Below are positions 56,040-64,000 of a DNA stretch of 64,000 nt, piece after piece. The stretch lies in IMG/VR virus record IMGVR_UViG_3300017650_000009; one strand, 5' to 3'. The stretch is from a virus (Duplodnaviria > Heunggongvirae > Uroviricota > Caudoviricetes). The notes beneath the pieces are model-generated. The model saw only the letters and a program-made list of their open reading frames with translations, did not search any database and was not told the DNA's origin. Made by a program: the position numbers and the translations under genes. Each line of letters opens with the position of its first letter. Position 1 is the stretch's first letter.

Positions 56040-57101
56040 ATGTCTACGTATTTGATTATCGATTTGAACAACATGGCTCACCGCTGTTTACATGCGGGAC
56101 AGGGCTCCATTGATATTAAAACGGGTATGGCTCTCCACATCACACTTAATGCGATTCGTCAGTGCTGGAAGAAATTCAAAGCTGATCATGTCGTATTTTG
56201 CCTAGAGGGCCGTTCTTGGCGTCATGATCATTATAGCGGTTACAAAGCACATCGCCGTGTTCAACAAAGTATTATGACGAAAAAGGAGCGTGAGGATAAC
56301 GCATTGTTCTTCGGAGCATTCGATATCTTTATGGACTTTATCCGTGAGAAAACCAACGCAACCGTGTTGCAATGTGAATCTGCCGAAGCCGATGATATGA
56401 TTGCTCGTTGGATTCAGCTACATCCAGAAGATGACCATGTTATCGTTAGCTCGGACCGAGATTTCTTCCAATTGCTTTCGGACAGGGTTAAGCAGTATGA
56501 CGGCATCCGTGGATGGACAATCTCAACCGATGGTTACTTTGATGATAAAGATCAACCTGTGGTTATTAAAAAGAACATAACAAAGGTTGATAAGGCTAGC
56601 GGAAAGAAAGTTAAGACTTCTACGACAGTTGCTCTCGAAGCTCCCGATCCAGAATATGAGCTTTTCATGAAGATTGTTCGTGGTGATTCCTCGGATAATA
56701 TTATGAGTGCATATCCAGGTGTTCGTGAAAATGGGTCAGCAAAGAAGCCTGGCATTCGTGAGGCCTTTGAGGATCGTAAAGCACGGGGCTTCAATTGGAA
56801 CAATTTTATGCTACAAGAGTGGGATAAACTTGTTGGTTCAGATGAAGATGGCAATGCTATTACTGAGCGTGTTCGAGTAATCGACCAATTCAATGCCAAT
56901 ACTTTGCTTATTGATTTGACCAAACAACCTGATGATGTTAAGCATAAGATGGATCTTGCTATTGCAGATGCTGTCAGTAAACCAAAAGCTACTATGGTTG
57001 GTATTTGGTTCCTTCGATTTACGGAGGAAATGAGTCTATTTAATATCGGAAAGAATCCGACTGATTACGCAAATATGCTTGCCGCGCCTTATGCGCGGTG
57101 A
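56040..57101 (+). CDS. RNase H / 5'-3' exonuclease (T4 rnh / FEN family)
   Basis: IID, SWR..Y..YK..R, EADD, S.D.DF.QL, GDSSDNI. Confidence 0.9.
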   Translation: MSTYLIIDLNNMAHRCLHAGQGSIDIKTGMALHITLNAIRQCWKKFKADHVVFCLEGRSWRHDHYSGYKAHRRVQQSIMTKKEREDNALFFGAFDIFMDFIREKTNATVLQCESAEADDMIARWIQLHPEDDHVIVSSDRDFFQLLSDRVKQYDGIRGWTISTDGYFDDKDQPVVIKKNITKVDKASGKKVKTSTTVALEAPDPEYELFMKIVRGDSSDNIMSAYPGVRENGSAKKPGIREAFEDRKARGFNWNNFMLQEWDKLVGSDEDGNAITERVRVIDQFNANTLLIDLTKQPDDVKHKMDLAIADAVSKPKATMVGIWFLRFTEEMSLFNIGKNPTDYANMLAAPYAR

Positions 57102-57116
57102 GTAGAACTTTTCCTG

Positions 57117-57144
57117 TTGACTAGCTACTAATTTATGTTAACAC
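57117..57144 (+). promoter_or_regulatory. sigma70-type early promoter
   Basis: TTGACT-16 nt-TAACAC with TGT. Confidence 0.5.
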
Positions 57145-57146
57145 GG

Positions 57147-57244
57147 ACATAGTGCAACCACTAACGAGCGAGGGGCAATGCGTAGCTTGGGCGACAAACT
57201 ACTCACTCTTTAAGTTTAAACCACTATGTGCAACAAAAGAGTGA
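57147..57244 (+). ncRNA. candidate pseudoknotted 5' leader RNA
   Basis: 8-bp 57147-54/57222-29 helix crossed by 9-bp 57203-11/57236-44 helix covering the RBS position. Confidence 0.5.
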
Positions 57245-57250
57245 TCGAAA

Positions 57251-57694
57251 ATGAATTATCCAAAACCGAAATTTATCCGTTATCATTACGAAATTGGATT
57301 CCCCACTCAAATCGGGGAAATGTGTTTGGAATTCTTTATGAATTTCAAGGAAGTCAATACAACGTTCCATAGCGCGAATCAGTTGATTGACGAGAAGAAG
57401 GGAGCAATTCCCTTACCGTGTAAGGAGGATGTTATGCATCCCTCGAATACACTGGTTGAAATTTATGAGCAGGTTGATGAAGCAGATCAACCCACACGAA
57501 TCATCCAAAAGGTTCTCGTTCGCGTTCATCACCTTAGTGATCGACACGATTACACTTATGTCATTGCGCGTGATGGGTACATCATCAGCGCTTGGGCAAA
57601 TGCTAAATCCGACATTCATCGGCTCAAGTCGAAGAGTGTTTATTTTTCAAACTTTCATAAGGAAGACATCGAGTATCCTGATGTTCTTCGGTAG
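57251..57694 (+). CDS. hypothetical protein, possibly RelE/BECR-like RNase fold
   Basis: TFHS, K.LVR, D..YV...G.IISAW.N..D.H pattern; fold guess only. Confidence 0.55.
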   Translation: MNYPKPKFIRYHYEIGFPTQIGEMCLEFFMNFKEVNTTFHSANQLIDEKKGAIPLPCKEDVMHPSNTLVEIYEQVDEADQPTRIIQKVLVRVHHLSDRHDYTYVIARDGYIISAWANAKSDIHRLKSKSVYFSNFHKEDIEYPDVLR

Positions 57695-57700
57695 AATAAA

Positions 57701-58171
57701 ATGGCCAAAATACTTCAGCTAACGGAAAATTCTTGGATCTTTCGTGCAGGCGATGCAAATAGTGGGATACTGTTCAAGACTCTGGACGGTTATATGTTCT
57801 TGGGTCCAAAGACCGTATCCAATTATGCCAGCTTGGATGATTTGAAGAAGAAATTCGGAAACATTAAGCTTGTCGAACGTGCACAAGAAATAAGCACCAA
57901 CAACACGCTCAATGGTTATCCAGTCAAGCATAACGGCGATATCGAACAAGTCGAACACGACAAGTTTCCCGTTTACGTTAAAGCTGGTACAAAAACCGAA
58001 TTCGTTGCTGGGTATTGGGGTCTACTGTTCCAGCAAGGCTGGACACAAGCATATTGCCCAAAGAAACAAACCATTGAATCCTACGAGAGTGTGGGTCCAT
58101 TCAAGAATCGCTTGGAGATGATTAATCACCTAAGCACGTTAAACACTAACGCGAATCTGAATAAACTATGA
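57701..58171 (+). CDS. hypothetical phage protein
   Basis: 156-aa ORF. Confidence 0.7.
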   Translation: MAKILQLTENSWIFRAGDANSGILFKTLDGYMFLGPKTVSNYASLDDLKKKFGNIKLVERAQEISTNNTLNGYPVKHNGDIEQVEHDKFPVYVKAGTKTEFVAGYWGLLFQQGWTQAYCPKKQTIESYESVGPFKNRLEMINHLSTLNTNANLNKL

Positions 58172-58404
58172 GCGCTGACAGTCCAATTACAAAATTTGCC
58201 CAACGTGTCCGAGCCGCTAGCAATCGCGGCTCTAAGGATGTTGTACTGACCCTAGCAGAGGCAATCGAGCTATCGACTTCGCTAGTTGCGTTACAGGCAA
58301 AGGAAAATAAGCTGCTCGAGGATATTGTAGAGCTTCAGCGTCGTGCTCTTGATGGACCCACACAGATTGAAATGGATGGAGGATCATTTGGTCCTAAGGA
58401 TTGA
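58168..58404 (+). CDS. small hypothetical phage protein
   Basis: ATGA overlap, ends MDGGSF. Confidence 0.65.
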   Translation: MSADSPITKFAQRVRAASNRGSKDVVLTLAEAIELSTSLVALQAKENKLLEDIVELQRRALDGPTQIEMDGGSFGPKD

Positions 58405-59329
58405 TATTTGCAGTGATCTACATGTGGACCGCAATAATCAGAAAACATCTTTGCTTGTTCAGCCAGGAACCGGGCCAACACATTGGCCAGCAGGGCAAGT
58501 AGGCAATCGTGATGCCTTTTTTGCTTTTGATTTTGAATGGTATCGTAATCCGGGATCATCCATTTGTATTATTGCCGGTGATGTTTCCGATTCACTAAAC
58601 GAAACCATTGATGTAATTGAACATGCTGCAAAGTTCTACGAACATGTGGTATTCGTCGACGGTAATCATGAGCATTACAATGCCGATTATCGATTAAATA
58701 TGATTCTGTTTCCAGATGATTTTCATGACAAACTAAATGTTTTGGATACAATGTATGAGCTACGGGCGCATTTCGCCAATAGCCCAAATATTCACTATTT
58801 AGATGGTCTAACTGATGTATCGTGGCGGCACGGCGACACTTTGTTCATCGGAGCAAATTGTTGGTATGATTGGCTCGCACATGAGCCGCGCGGAATAGCA
58901 AAGCAAACGGCATTCTGGGAATGGCATATATCCTCGCATGATCGTACTTTGGATTTTGATGAATTTGGACTTCCCGATGCATTGGGTTTAGTTCAGCTCA
59001 CTAATATGCATTCGGCGTTTGAGGAAGCAAATAATAATCCAGCAATCAAGCATGTGGTTGTTGTTACTCATACCGCACCTTCTCAACAATTTACAAAATG
59101 GGAAGGTAATCAGTCAAGATGGGACAAATTGACTCCATCATATGTGAATACTGGTGCGCAAAGCATTATTAATGCAAATACCAAAGATAAGTTGAAACTT
59201 TGGGCGTTTGGTCATACACATAATAGAGTGCGTGTGGATTATGATGGCACGATATATGTGAATAACGGCTATGGTATTCCACATAATAGTTTGGGCACTT
59301 TTCAAATGGAAACGGTGGAGATAAAATGA
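58376..59329 (+). CDS. calcineurin-like metallophosphoesterase
   Basis: SDLH, AGD, GNHE, TH..P, GHTH; start 58376 or TTG 58388. Confidence 0.88.
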   Translation: MEDHLVLRIDICSDLHVDRNNQKTSLLVQPGTGPTHWPAGQVGNRDAFFAFDFEWYRNPGSSICIIAGDVSDSLNETIDVIEHAAKFYEHVVFVDGNHEHYNADYRLNMILFPDDFHDKLNVLDTMYELRAHFANSPNIHYLDGLTDVSWRHGDTLFIGANCWYDWLAHEPRGIAKQTAFWEWHISSHDRTLDFDEFGLPDALGLVQLTNMHSAFEEANNNPAIKHVVVVTHTAPSQQFTKWEGNQSRWDKLTPSYVNTGAQSIINANTKDKLKLWAFGHTHNRVRVDYDGTIYVNNGYGIPHNSLGTFQMETVEIK

Positions 59330-59392
59330 TTTCTTTTATTCCGATCATGTAAAGCCCTGGCACGGTGCTGGGCCCAACATGTGGAGGTTAAC

Positions 59393-59704
59393 ATGCAAAG
59401 AGATAAAGTATACCGACGTTATCAACGCGAACGTAAAATCAACAATGTTCGCAAATGGATGGAAGCTCATTGGCATTATGGTTTCGCACATTATGAACCA
59501 GAAGCCAGACGTGCACATTTACATGAACAAGCGTTAAGACGTCATGCTGCACCGAAGATGTGTAGCCGGTGGTGCTGTGGCAATCCACGTAAACATTTCG
59601 GTTCCGAAACAATACAAGAGTACCGCAATAAAATTGCGTGTAACGAAGTTTTTGATGAAGAAAATATAAGATCTAAAATTCATATTCGTAAAAGGAGATA
59701 CTAA
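59393..59704 (+). CDS. basic Cys-motif protein
   Basis: Arg-rich, CSRWCCGNPRK; GGAGG RBS. Confidence 0.65.
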   Translation: MQRDKVYRRYQRERKINNVRKWMEAHWHYGFAHYEPEARRAHLHEQALRRHAAPKMCSRWCCGNPRKHFGSETIQEYRNKIACNEVFDEENIRSKIHIRKRRY

Positions 59705-59961
59705 TGAGTGAAGTTGAAGTATTCGTACGTCCTGGATGCCCTTGGTGTGATAAGGCTGTGAATTGGTTCACCCAGTATAAGGTCGAACACAAGTTGGTTC
59801 GTTTTACCAACATCGAAGATAAGATGGCATTCTATCAGAAACATGCGGCTGACGGTGTTCGCACTTTACCACAGATTTTCATCGATGGTGTTCGTATCGG
59901 TGGTTGGTCGGATTTTGTAACAACTCAGTACAAGGCCGATATCGAAAAGGCTGCGGAATGA
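59704..59961 (+). CDS. glutaredoxin
   Basis: CPWC, TLPQIFIDG..IGG. Confidence 0.92.
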   Translation: MSEVEVFVRPGCPWCDKAVNWFTQYKVEHKLVRFTNIEDKMAFYQKHAADGVRTLPQIFIDGVRIGGWSDFVTTQYKADIEKAAE

Positions 59962-60185
59962 AGAATCGCGAGCTAATTGAGCATTTGCAGAAGCTTGATC
60001 CAGAAATGGTCGTATATACGGCAATCGATGCCGAGGGCAACGGTTACAACGAGGTTTATTTTGAACCCACTGTAATGGTCGCAGTTAAGACCAATCATGG
60101 CGTTGAAATCATGAATGACGATGAAGATGAACTCGATGATTCGGGTTACGATGAAAGTGATTTTCAACGTGTAATTGTTATCTAA
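59958..60185 (+). CDS. small acidic hypothetical protein
   Basis: ATGA overlap, MKNRELIEHLQKL. Confidence 0.6.
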   Translation: MKNRELIEHLQKLDPEMVVYTAIDAEGNGYNEVYFEPTVMVAVKTNHGVEIMNDDEDELDDSGYDESDFQRVIVI

Positions 60186-60287
60186 TAGTGAGAAGCGCGG
60201 CTCCCATGCTGCGCTCTTACCATGAGTAAAACGCGCTTACATAATAAATAATGATAATGCAATATTTTAAATTTGTGAGTGCAAATC

Positions 60288-60578
60288 ATGTCTCGTCCCA
60301 AGCCTACAGTCCTTTTGGACTATACAGACCCAAAGACCTATAAGAGCGAGCAAGTTCTTGCCGCTGATGCAATCTATGCTGTCTTTTATGATGGCAAGCC
60401 AATCAACCTGCGCTCCCTAAATAGTTTGATTAATTATCCTGGCCCAAAGTACAAGAAATGTTCTTTTGGCAATAAGGGTCATGCTTTCAACTTGGCTGAA
60501 AAGCTTAACAAGCTTTTCAAAACAGACAAGTTCAAGGTTTTCAAACTAACACAGGGAATTGAAATCTCTGAAAAATAA
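60288..60578 (+). CDS. hypothetical phage protein
   Basis: MSRPKP..., PGPKYKK.SF.N.GHA.NLA.KLN. Confidence 0.7.
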   Translation: MSRPKPTVLLDYTDPKTYKSEQVLAADAIYAVFYDGKPINLRSLNSLINYPGPKYKKCSFGNKGHAFNLAEKLNKLFKTDKFKVFKLTQGIEISEK

Positions 60579-60964
60579 TGAGTACACATCTTCGAATAAT
60601 TCAAGCTCTTAAACAGGCATATAAAAGGGAACCTAACCCAATATGCTCGGAGCTTGAAATCGACGAAGATGAAACTCTGATTCGCCGCTTCTTCCTAAAT
60701 TATCGTGGCGGAGACCCCGAGCACTCCCGTGGCCTTCGACTTACCGATATTGGTCTCCTTAATATGCAATGCTATTTCAAAGCGCATAAAGTTGAGCTAC
60801 CTGGTGACTATAAAGCAAAAACCCAACACATCCTCTACTTGGATCGTAAGTGCCGCATGCCGTGGCACCTACGTGGGAATTTTATTGTGTTCTTCGAAGC
60901 AGAGTTAGCATTTCGCTGTAAGCTAGTTGGAGACATAGAACTTCTGGTACATTCCTTCCCTTGA
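60578..60964 (+). CDS. hypothetical phage protein with FKL-like end
   Basis: GLRLT..G, IVFFEAELAFRCKL. Confidence 0.7.
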   Translation: MSTHLRIIQALKQAYKREPNPICSELEIDEDETLIRRFFLNYRGGDPEHSRGLRLTDIGLLNMQCYFKAHKVELPGDYKAKTQHILYLDRKCRMPWHLRGNFIVFFEAELAFRCKLVGDIELLVHSFP

Positions 60965-61115
60965 GTATCCCACTTTATTAAATTTTTATTCCACAAAAGT
61001 GATTTTTCTTGTTGACTAGTCTGCGTGTTTATAGCATATGTGGTGCAGCTTTAGCAGAACAAGTTGTTTTGTTAACACACAAATTAGCGCTAGTGAAAAA
61101 AGTTCAACAATTCGG

Positions 61116-61143
61116 TTGACACAAAAATTACTGGTGCTAGTAA
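61116..61143 (+). promoter_or_regulatory. sigma70-type early promoter
   Basis: TTGACA-16 nt-TAGTAA with TGC; second TTGACT at 61012. Confidence 0.55.
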
Positions 61144-61217
61144 GAGGCACAAGTTGGTAGCGCAAGGGCGTTGCTAGTTTGTAATAGACGTTAGGCATTC
61201 AAAGGAGAAAGACATCT

Positions 61218-62432
61218 ATGTCTAAGGGTAAGAACACGACTTCCAAGATGGACACGACGAAGCTGAAGCCATCGGAAGCTTCGGTTGCTATTAAGCACAT
61301 GATTCAGGTCAACATCGAAAATGCCAAGGCCGGCAAAGACCGTCGCGGTCTCTTCCTCTGGGGTCCTCCAGGTATTGCAAAGTCGTCGATCATTCGACAG
61401 ATTGCAAAGTCTCTTAACTACAAGCTCATCGACATTCGTCTCACGCAGATGGAACCGACTGACCTTCGCGGCATTCCCGTGCCGATCAAGCAGGAAGACG
61501 GCGAAGTGGTCGTTAACTGGGCTATCCCTGCAATGCTTCCACGCCGTGATCCAGGTCTCAAGACCGGCACAATCCTCAAGGATGTTCGTGAACGTCGCGA
61601 CGAAAACGATCTGCATTATGATGGTGCAATCATCCTTCTGGACGAACTTCCAAACGCTGCTCCTTCGGTTCAGGCCGGTTCTTACCAGCTCGTCCTCGAC
61701 GGCGCCCTCGGTGAATATGTTGCACCGTCCAACGTTGTGATCATGGCTGCGGGTAACCGCGAGACGGACAAGGGCTCGACCTTCAAGATGCCGACTCCGC
61801 TTATGAATCGCTTCACGCATATTGAAGTTGAGCCAAACTTCGAAGATTGGCAGACGTATGCGCTTACGGCGAACTTCAACAAGGACGTCATCGGCTACCT
61901 CACTGCATTCAAGCACGAACTGTTCGACTTCGATCCTGCAAGCGCATCGCGTGGCTTTGCTACTCCGCGTTCCTGGGAAGCTGTTTCGGATATCATCCGT
62001 GATGGTGCACAGTTGCCGGAAATGGTCAAGATGTCGCTCATCGGCGGCGCAATCGGCGACGGCATTGCGGTCAAGTTCCTGAGCTATCAGAAGCTTGCAA
62101 GCCAGCTGCCAAATCCATCGGATATTCTCGATGGCAAGGTAACCACGCTTAACAGCAAGGATATCTCGCTTATGTACGCTCTGACCACGGCAATGTGCTA
62201 TGAGCTGCGCGACCGCTTCGATGAAACGAAGCAGGACAAGACCAAGAAGAAGGCTTTCGATTCGTCCTTCGATAACTTCCTGGGCTTTATGATGGATCAG
62301 TTCCAGCCGGAAATCGTGATCATGGGAGCACGTACGGCACTTTCGGTCTTCAAGCTCAAGCTGGACCCATCGTCCATGAAGAACTTTGAAAAGTTCGCTG
62401 ATACATATCAGGATCTCATCCTCGGTGCCTAA
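61218..62432 (+). CDS. MoxR-like AAA+ ATPase
   Basis: GPPGIAKS, DLRG.P, LLDE, AAGN, L.NRF, TPRSW; AAAGGAG RBS. Confidence 0.88.
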   Translation: MSKGKNTTSKMDTTKLKPSEASVAIKHMIQVNIENAKAGKDRRGLFLWGPPGIAKSSIIRQIAKSLNYKLIDIRLTQMEPTDLRGIPVPIKQEDGEVVVNWAIPAMLPRRDPGLKTGTILKDVRERRDENDLHYDGAIILLDELPNAAPSVQAGSYQLVLDGALGEYVAPSNVVIMAAGNRETDKGSTFKMPTPLMNRFTHIEVEPNFEDWQTYALTANFNKDVIGYLTAFKHELFDFDPASASRGFATPRSWEAVSDIIRDGAQLPEMVKMSLIGGAIGDGIAVKFLSYQKLASQLPNPSDILDGKVTTLNSKDISLMYALTTAMCYELRDRFDETKQDKTKKKAFDSSFDNFLGFMMDQFQPEIVIMGARTALSVFKLKLDPSSMKNFEKFADTYQDLILGA

Positions 62433-62452
62433 CGTCGGAATGAGGTAATGCG

Positions 62453-62480
62453 AAGGGCGGAGTAAAATCCGCCCTTTTTT
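62453..62480 (+). terminator. intrinsic terminator
   Basis: AAGGGCGGA/TCCGCCCTT plus T-run. Confidence 0.8.
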
Positions 62481-62514
62481 CTTAAAGTTGGGCACAAAAA
62501 TTCCGCTTTACTAG

Positions 62515-62542
62515 TTGACACTGGACAGTCCATTGCTATACT
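62515..62542 (+). promoter_or_regulatory. sigma70-type early promoter
   Basis: TTGACA-16 nt-TATACT with TGC. Confidence 0.7.
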
Positions 62543-62588
62543 AGTGAGTATCCGTCCAACAAGGATCGGACACGTTAAGGAGAAGTTA

Positions 62589-63854
62589 ATGGTTAGTATC
62601 AATGATCCGATTGTAAAGGCAATCACGACCGCTCGCGTCGGCTTGCTATTCAATTCGCCGTTTTTCGGCAATCTCGCAACGCGAATGCAGCTGGTCGATG
62701 CCAGCAAGTGGTGCAAAACGGCCGCAACGGATGGCCGGCATTTCTACTACAATCGCGAATTCATCAAGTCGCTTACGCAGAACGAACTGACATTCTTGCT
62801 CGGTCATGAAGTCCTGCATTGCGTTTATGACCATCTTGGTCGTAAGGGTGGCCGCGATAAGAAGCTTTGGAACATGGCGAACGACTATATCGTCAACTAT
62901 ACGCTGGTCAAGGAAAAGCTCGGCGACATGCCGAAGGGTGGCTTGTTCGATGAAAAGTACAACGACTCGATGACGTCGGAAGAAATTTATCGTATGCTGG
63001 AACAGAACAGCACCAAGATCCAGATGACGCTGGACGAACACCTGGACCTCGACGGTTCGGATGGTAACGGCGATAGCGACGGCAACGGTTCAGGCAAGAC
63101 CGTAACGGTTACTGTTATGGGTGACGAAAACGGTCCTCCGCAGCTTACTGAAGAAGATAAGCAGCAGATTCGCAACGAACTGAAGGCAGCGGTTATCTCC
63201 GCGGCACAGGCTTCTCCAGCAGGCAAGGTCCCGGCTGGTGTGCGTCGAATGATTGACGAGTTCACAACTCCGATCATGGATTGGCGCGCAATGCTCGAAG
63301 CACATATTCAGTCCAGCATCAAGGACGACTTCACGTTCAATCGTCCATCGCGTCGTAGCTGGTCGCCAGATGGTGAAACCCTCGCAAGCGTTATTATGCC
63401 GGGTCAGAACTTCAAGGACACGGTTTCGGTTGCAATTTCCATCGATACGTCTGGCTCGATGACTGACGAAATGCTGCGCGACTTCCTGTCGGAAGTTAAG
63501 GGCATTATGGATACGTTCGATGATTTCGAGCTGTGGCTGTGGACGTTCGATACGCGGGTTTATAACCCGAAGAAGTTTACGCCAAACAACTTGGACGAGA
63601 TTTACTCGTATGATCCAAAGGGCGGCGGCGGCACCCTGTTCGAGTGCAACTGGGAGTTCATGCGTGAACCACTTAGTGTGGATCCGGAAATCGAAGTTGA
63701 TGAGCTTATCCCGAACAAGTTCGTTATGTTTACGGACGGTTATCCTGGCGGTAGCTGGGGTGAAGAAGAATGGTGCGACACGTTGTTCATCATTCACGGT
63801 AACACTGAAATCGTGTCTCCGTTCGGTATGACTGCATATTACCAGAAGTCCTAA
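62589..63854 (+). CDS. metallopeptidase-like + VWA domain protein (DUF2201-type)
   Basis: TAATDG, HEVLH, MIDAS DTSGS, GGGT, FTDG. Confidence 0.88.
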   Translation: MVSINDPIVKAITTARVGLLFNSPFFGNLATRMQLVDASKWCKTAATDGRHFYYNREFIKSLTQNELTFLLGHEVLHCVYDHLGRKGGRDKKLWNMANDYIVNYTLVKEKLGDMPKGGLFDEKYNDSMTSEEIYRMLEQNSTKIQMTLDEHLDLDGSDGNGDSDGNGSGKTVTVTVMGDENGPPQLTEEDKQQIRNELKAAVISAAQASPAGKVPAGVRRMIDEFTTPIMDWRAMLEAHIQSSIKDDFTFNRPSRRSWSPDGETLASVIMPGQNFKDTVSVAISIDTSGSMTDEMLRDFLSEVKGIMDTFDDFELWLWTFDTRVYNPKKFTPNNLDEIYSYDPKGGGGTLFECNWEFMREPLSVDPEIEVDELIPNKFVMFTDGYPGGSWGEEEWCDTLFIIHGNTEIVSPFGMTAYYQKS

Positions 63855-63875
63855 CTTCTCCGCTGGTAATATACA

Positions 63876-63900
63876 AACTGGCCGCCTAGTGCGGCCAGTT
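63876..63900 (+). terminator. hairpin / terminator
   Basis: AACTGGCCGC-CTAGT-GCGGCCAGTT. Confidence 0.6.
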
Positions 63901-64000
63901 CCATTTGTCCTCACGTAAGGACGATATGTCTTTGGTCCCCCATGATAGTGTTATTTTAAATTGACACCCAGTTACCCACGAAGCTAGATTGGGGTTAGAG

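Noticed and set aside
61191-62495. 434-aa antisense ORF (also 63090..63914)
   Set aside because: Shadows of the MoxR and VWA genes with strong codon bias.
1-64000. Stop-codon reassignment
   Set aside because: Conserved genes are full-length in the standard code, and TAA, TGA and TAG all end genes.

Overview
The window is 64 kb of a large lytic tailed phage (jumbo/T4-superfamily-like), densely coding in the standard genetic code. The host is probably an alphaproteobacterium, inferred from a Rhizobiales-like thyA-folA pair. It holds: (i) an accessory region (~1.9-19.4 kb) with many small orphan ORFs, tRNA-Leu(CAA), phoH, clpP, infA, Nudix, CYTH, HAD and nucleotidyltransferase genes; (ii) spanins, dnaJ, def, clpA, thyA and folA; (iii) a late structural block with collagen-like and other fibre proteins, a holin and an RyR-domain protein; (iv) replication genes: NAD+-dependent ligase, a family-B DNA polymerase split in two by an AT-rich endonuclease-like ORF, a probable clamp and an RNase H/5'-3' exonuclease; (v) a 7-deazaguanine-type cluster (QueD-like/DpdL-like T-fold protein, glycosyltransferase, folE, queE); (vi) a MoxR AAA + VWA/metallopeptidase pair. 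Best leads: about 18 orphan proteins sharing a C-terminal F-x4-A-x2-hydrophobic-[KR]L module; the deazaguanine + glycosyltransferase cluster with no queC/dpdA in view; structured intergenic RNAs sharing GCAACC...AAACCA; and late TAAATA promoters embedded in ribosome-binding-site (RBS)-sequestering hairpins. All calls come from reading motifs by eye; no searches were run.
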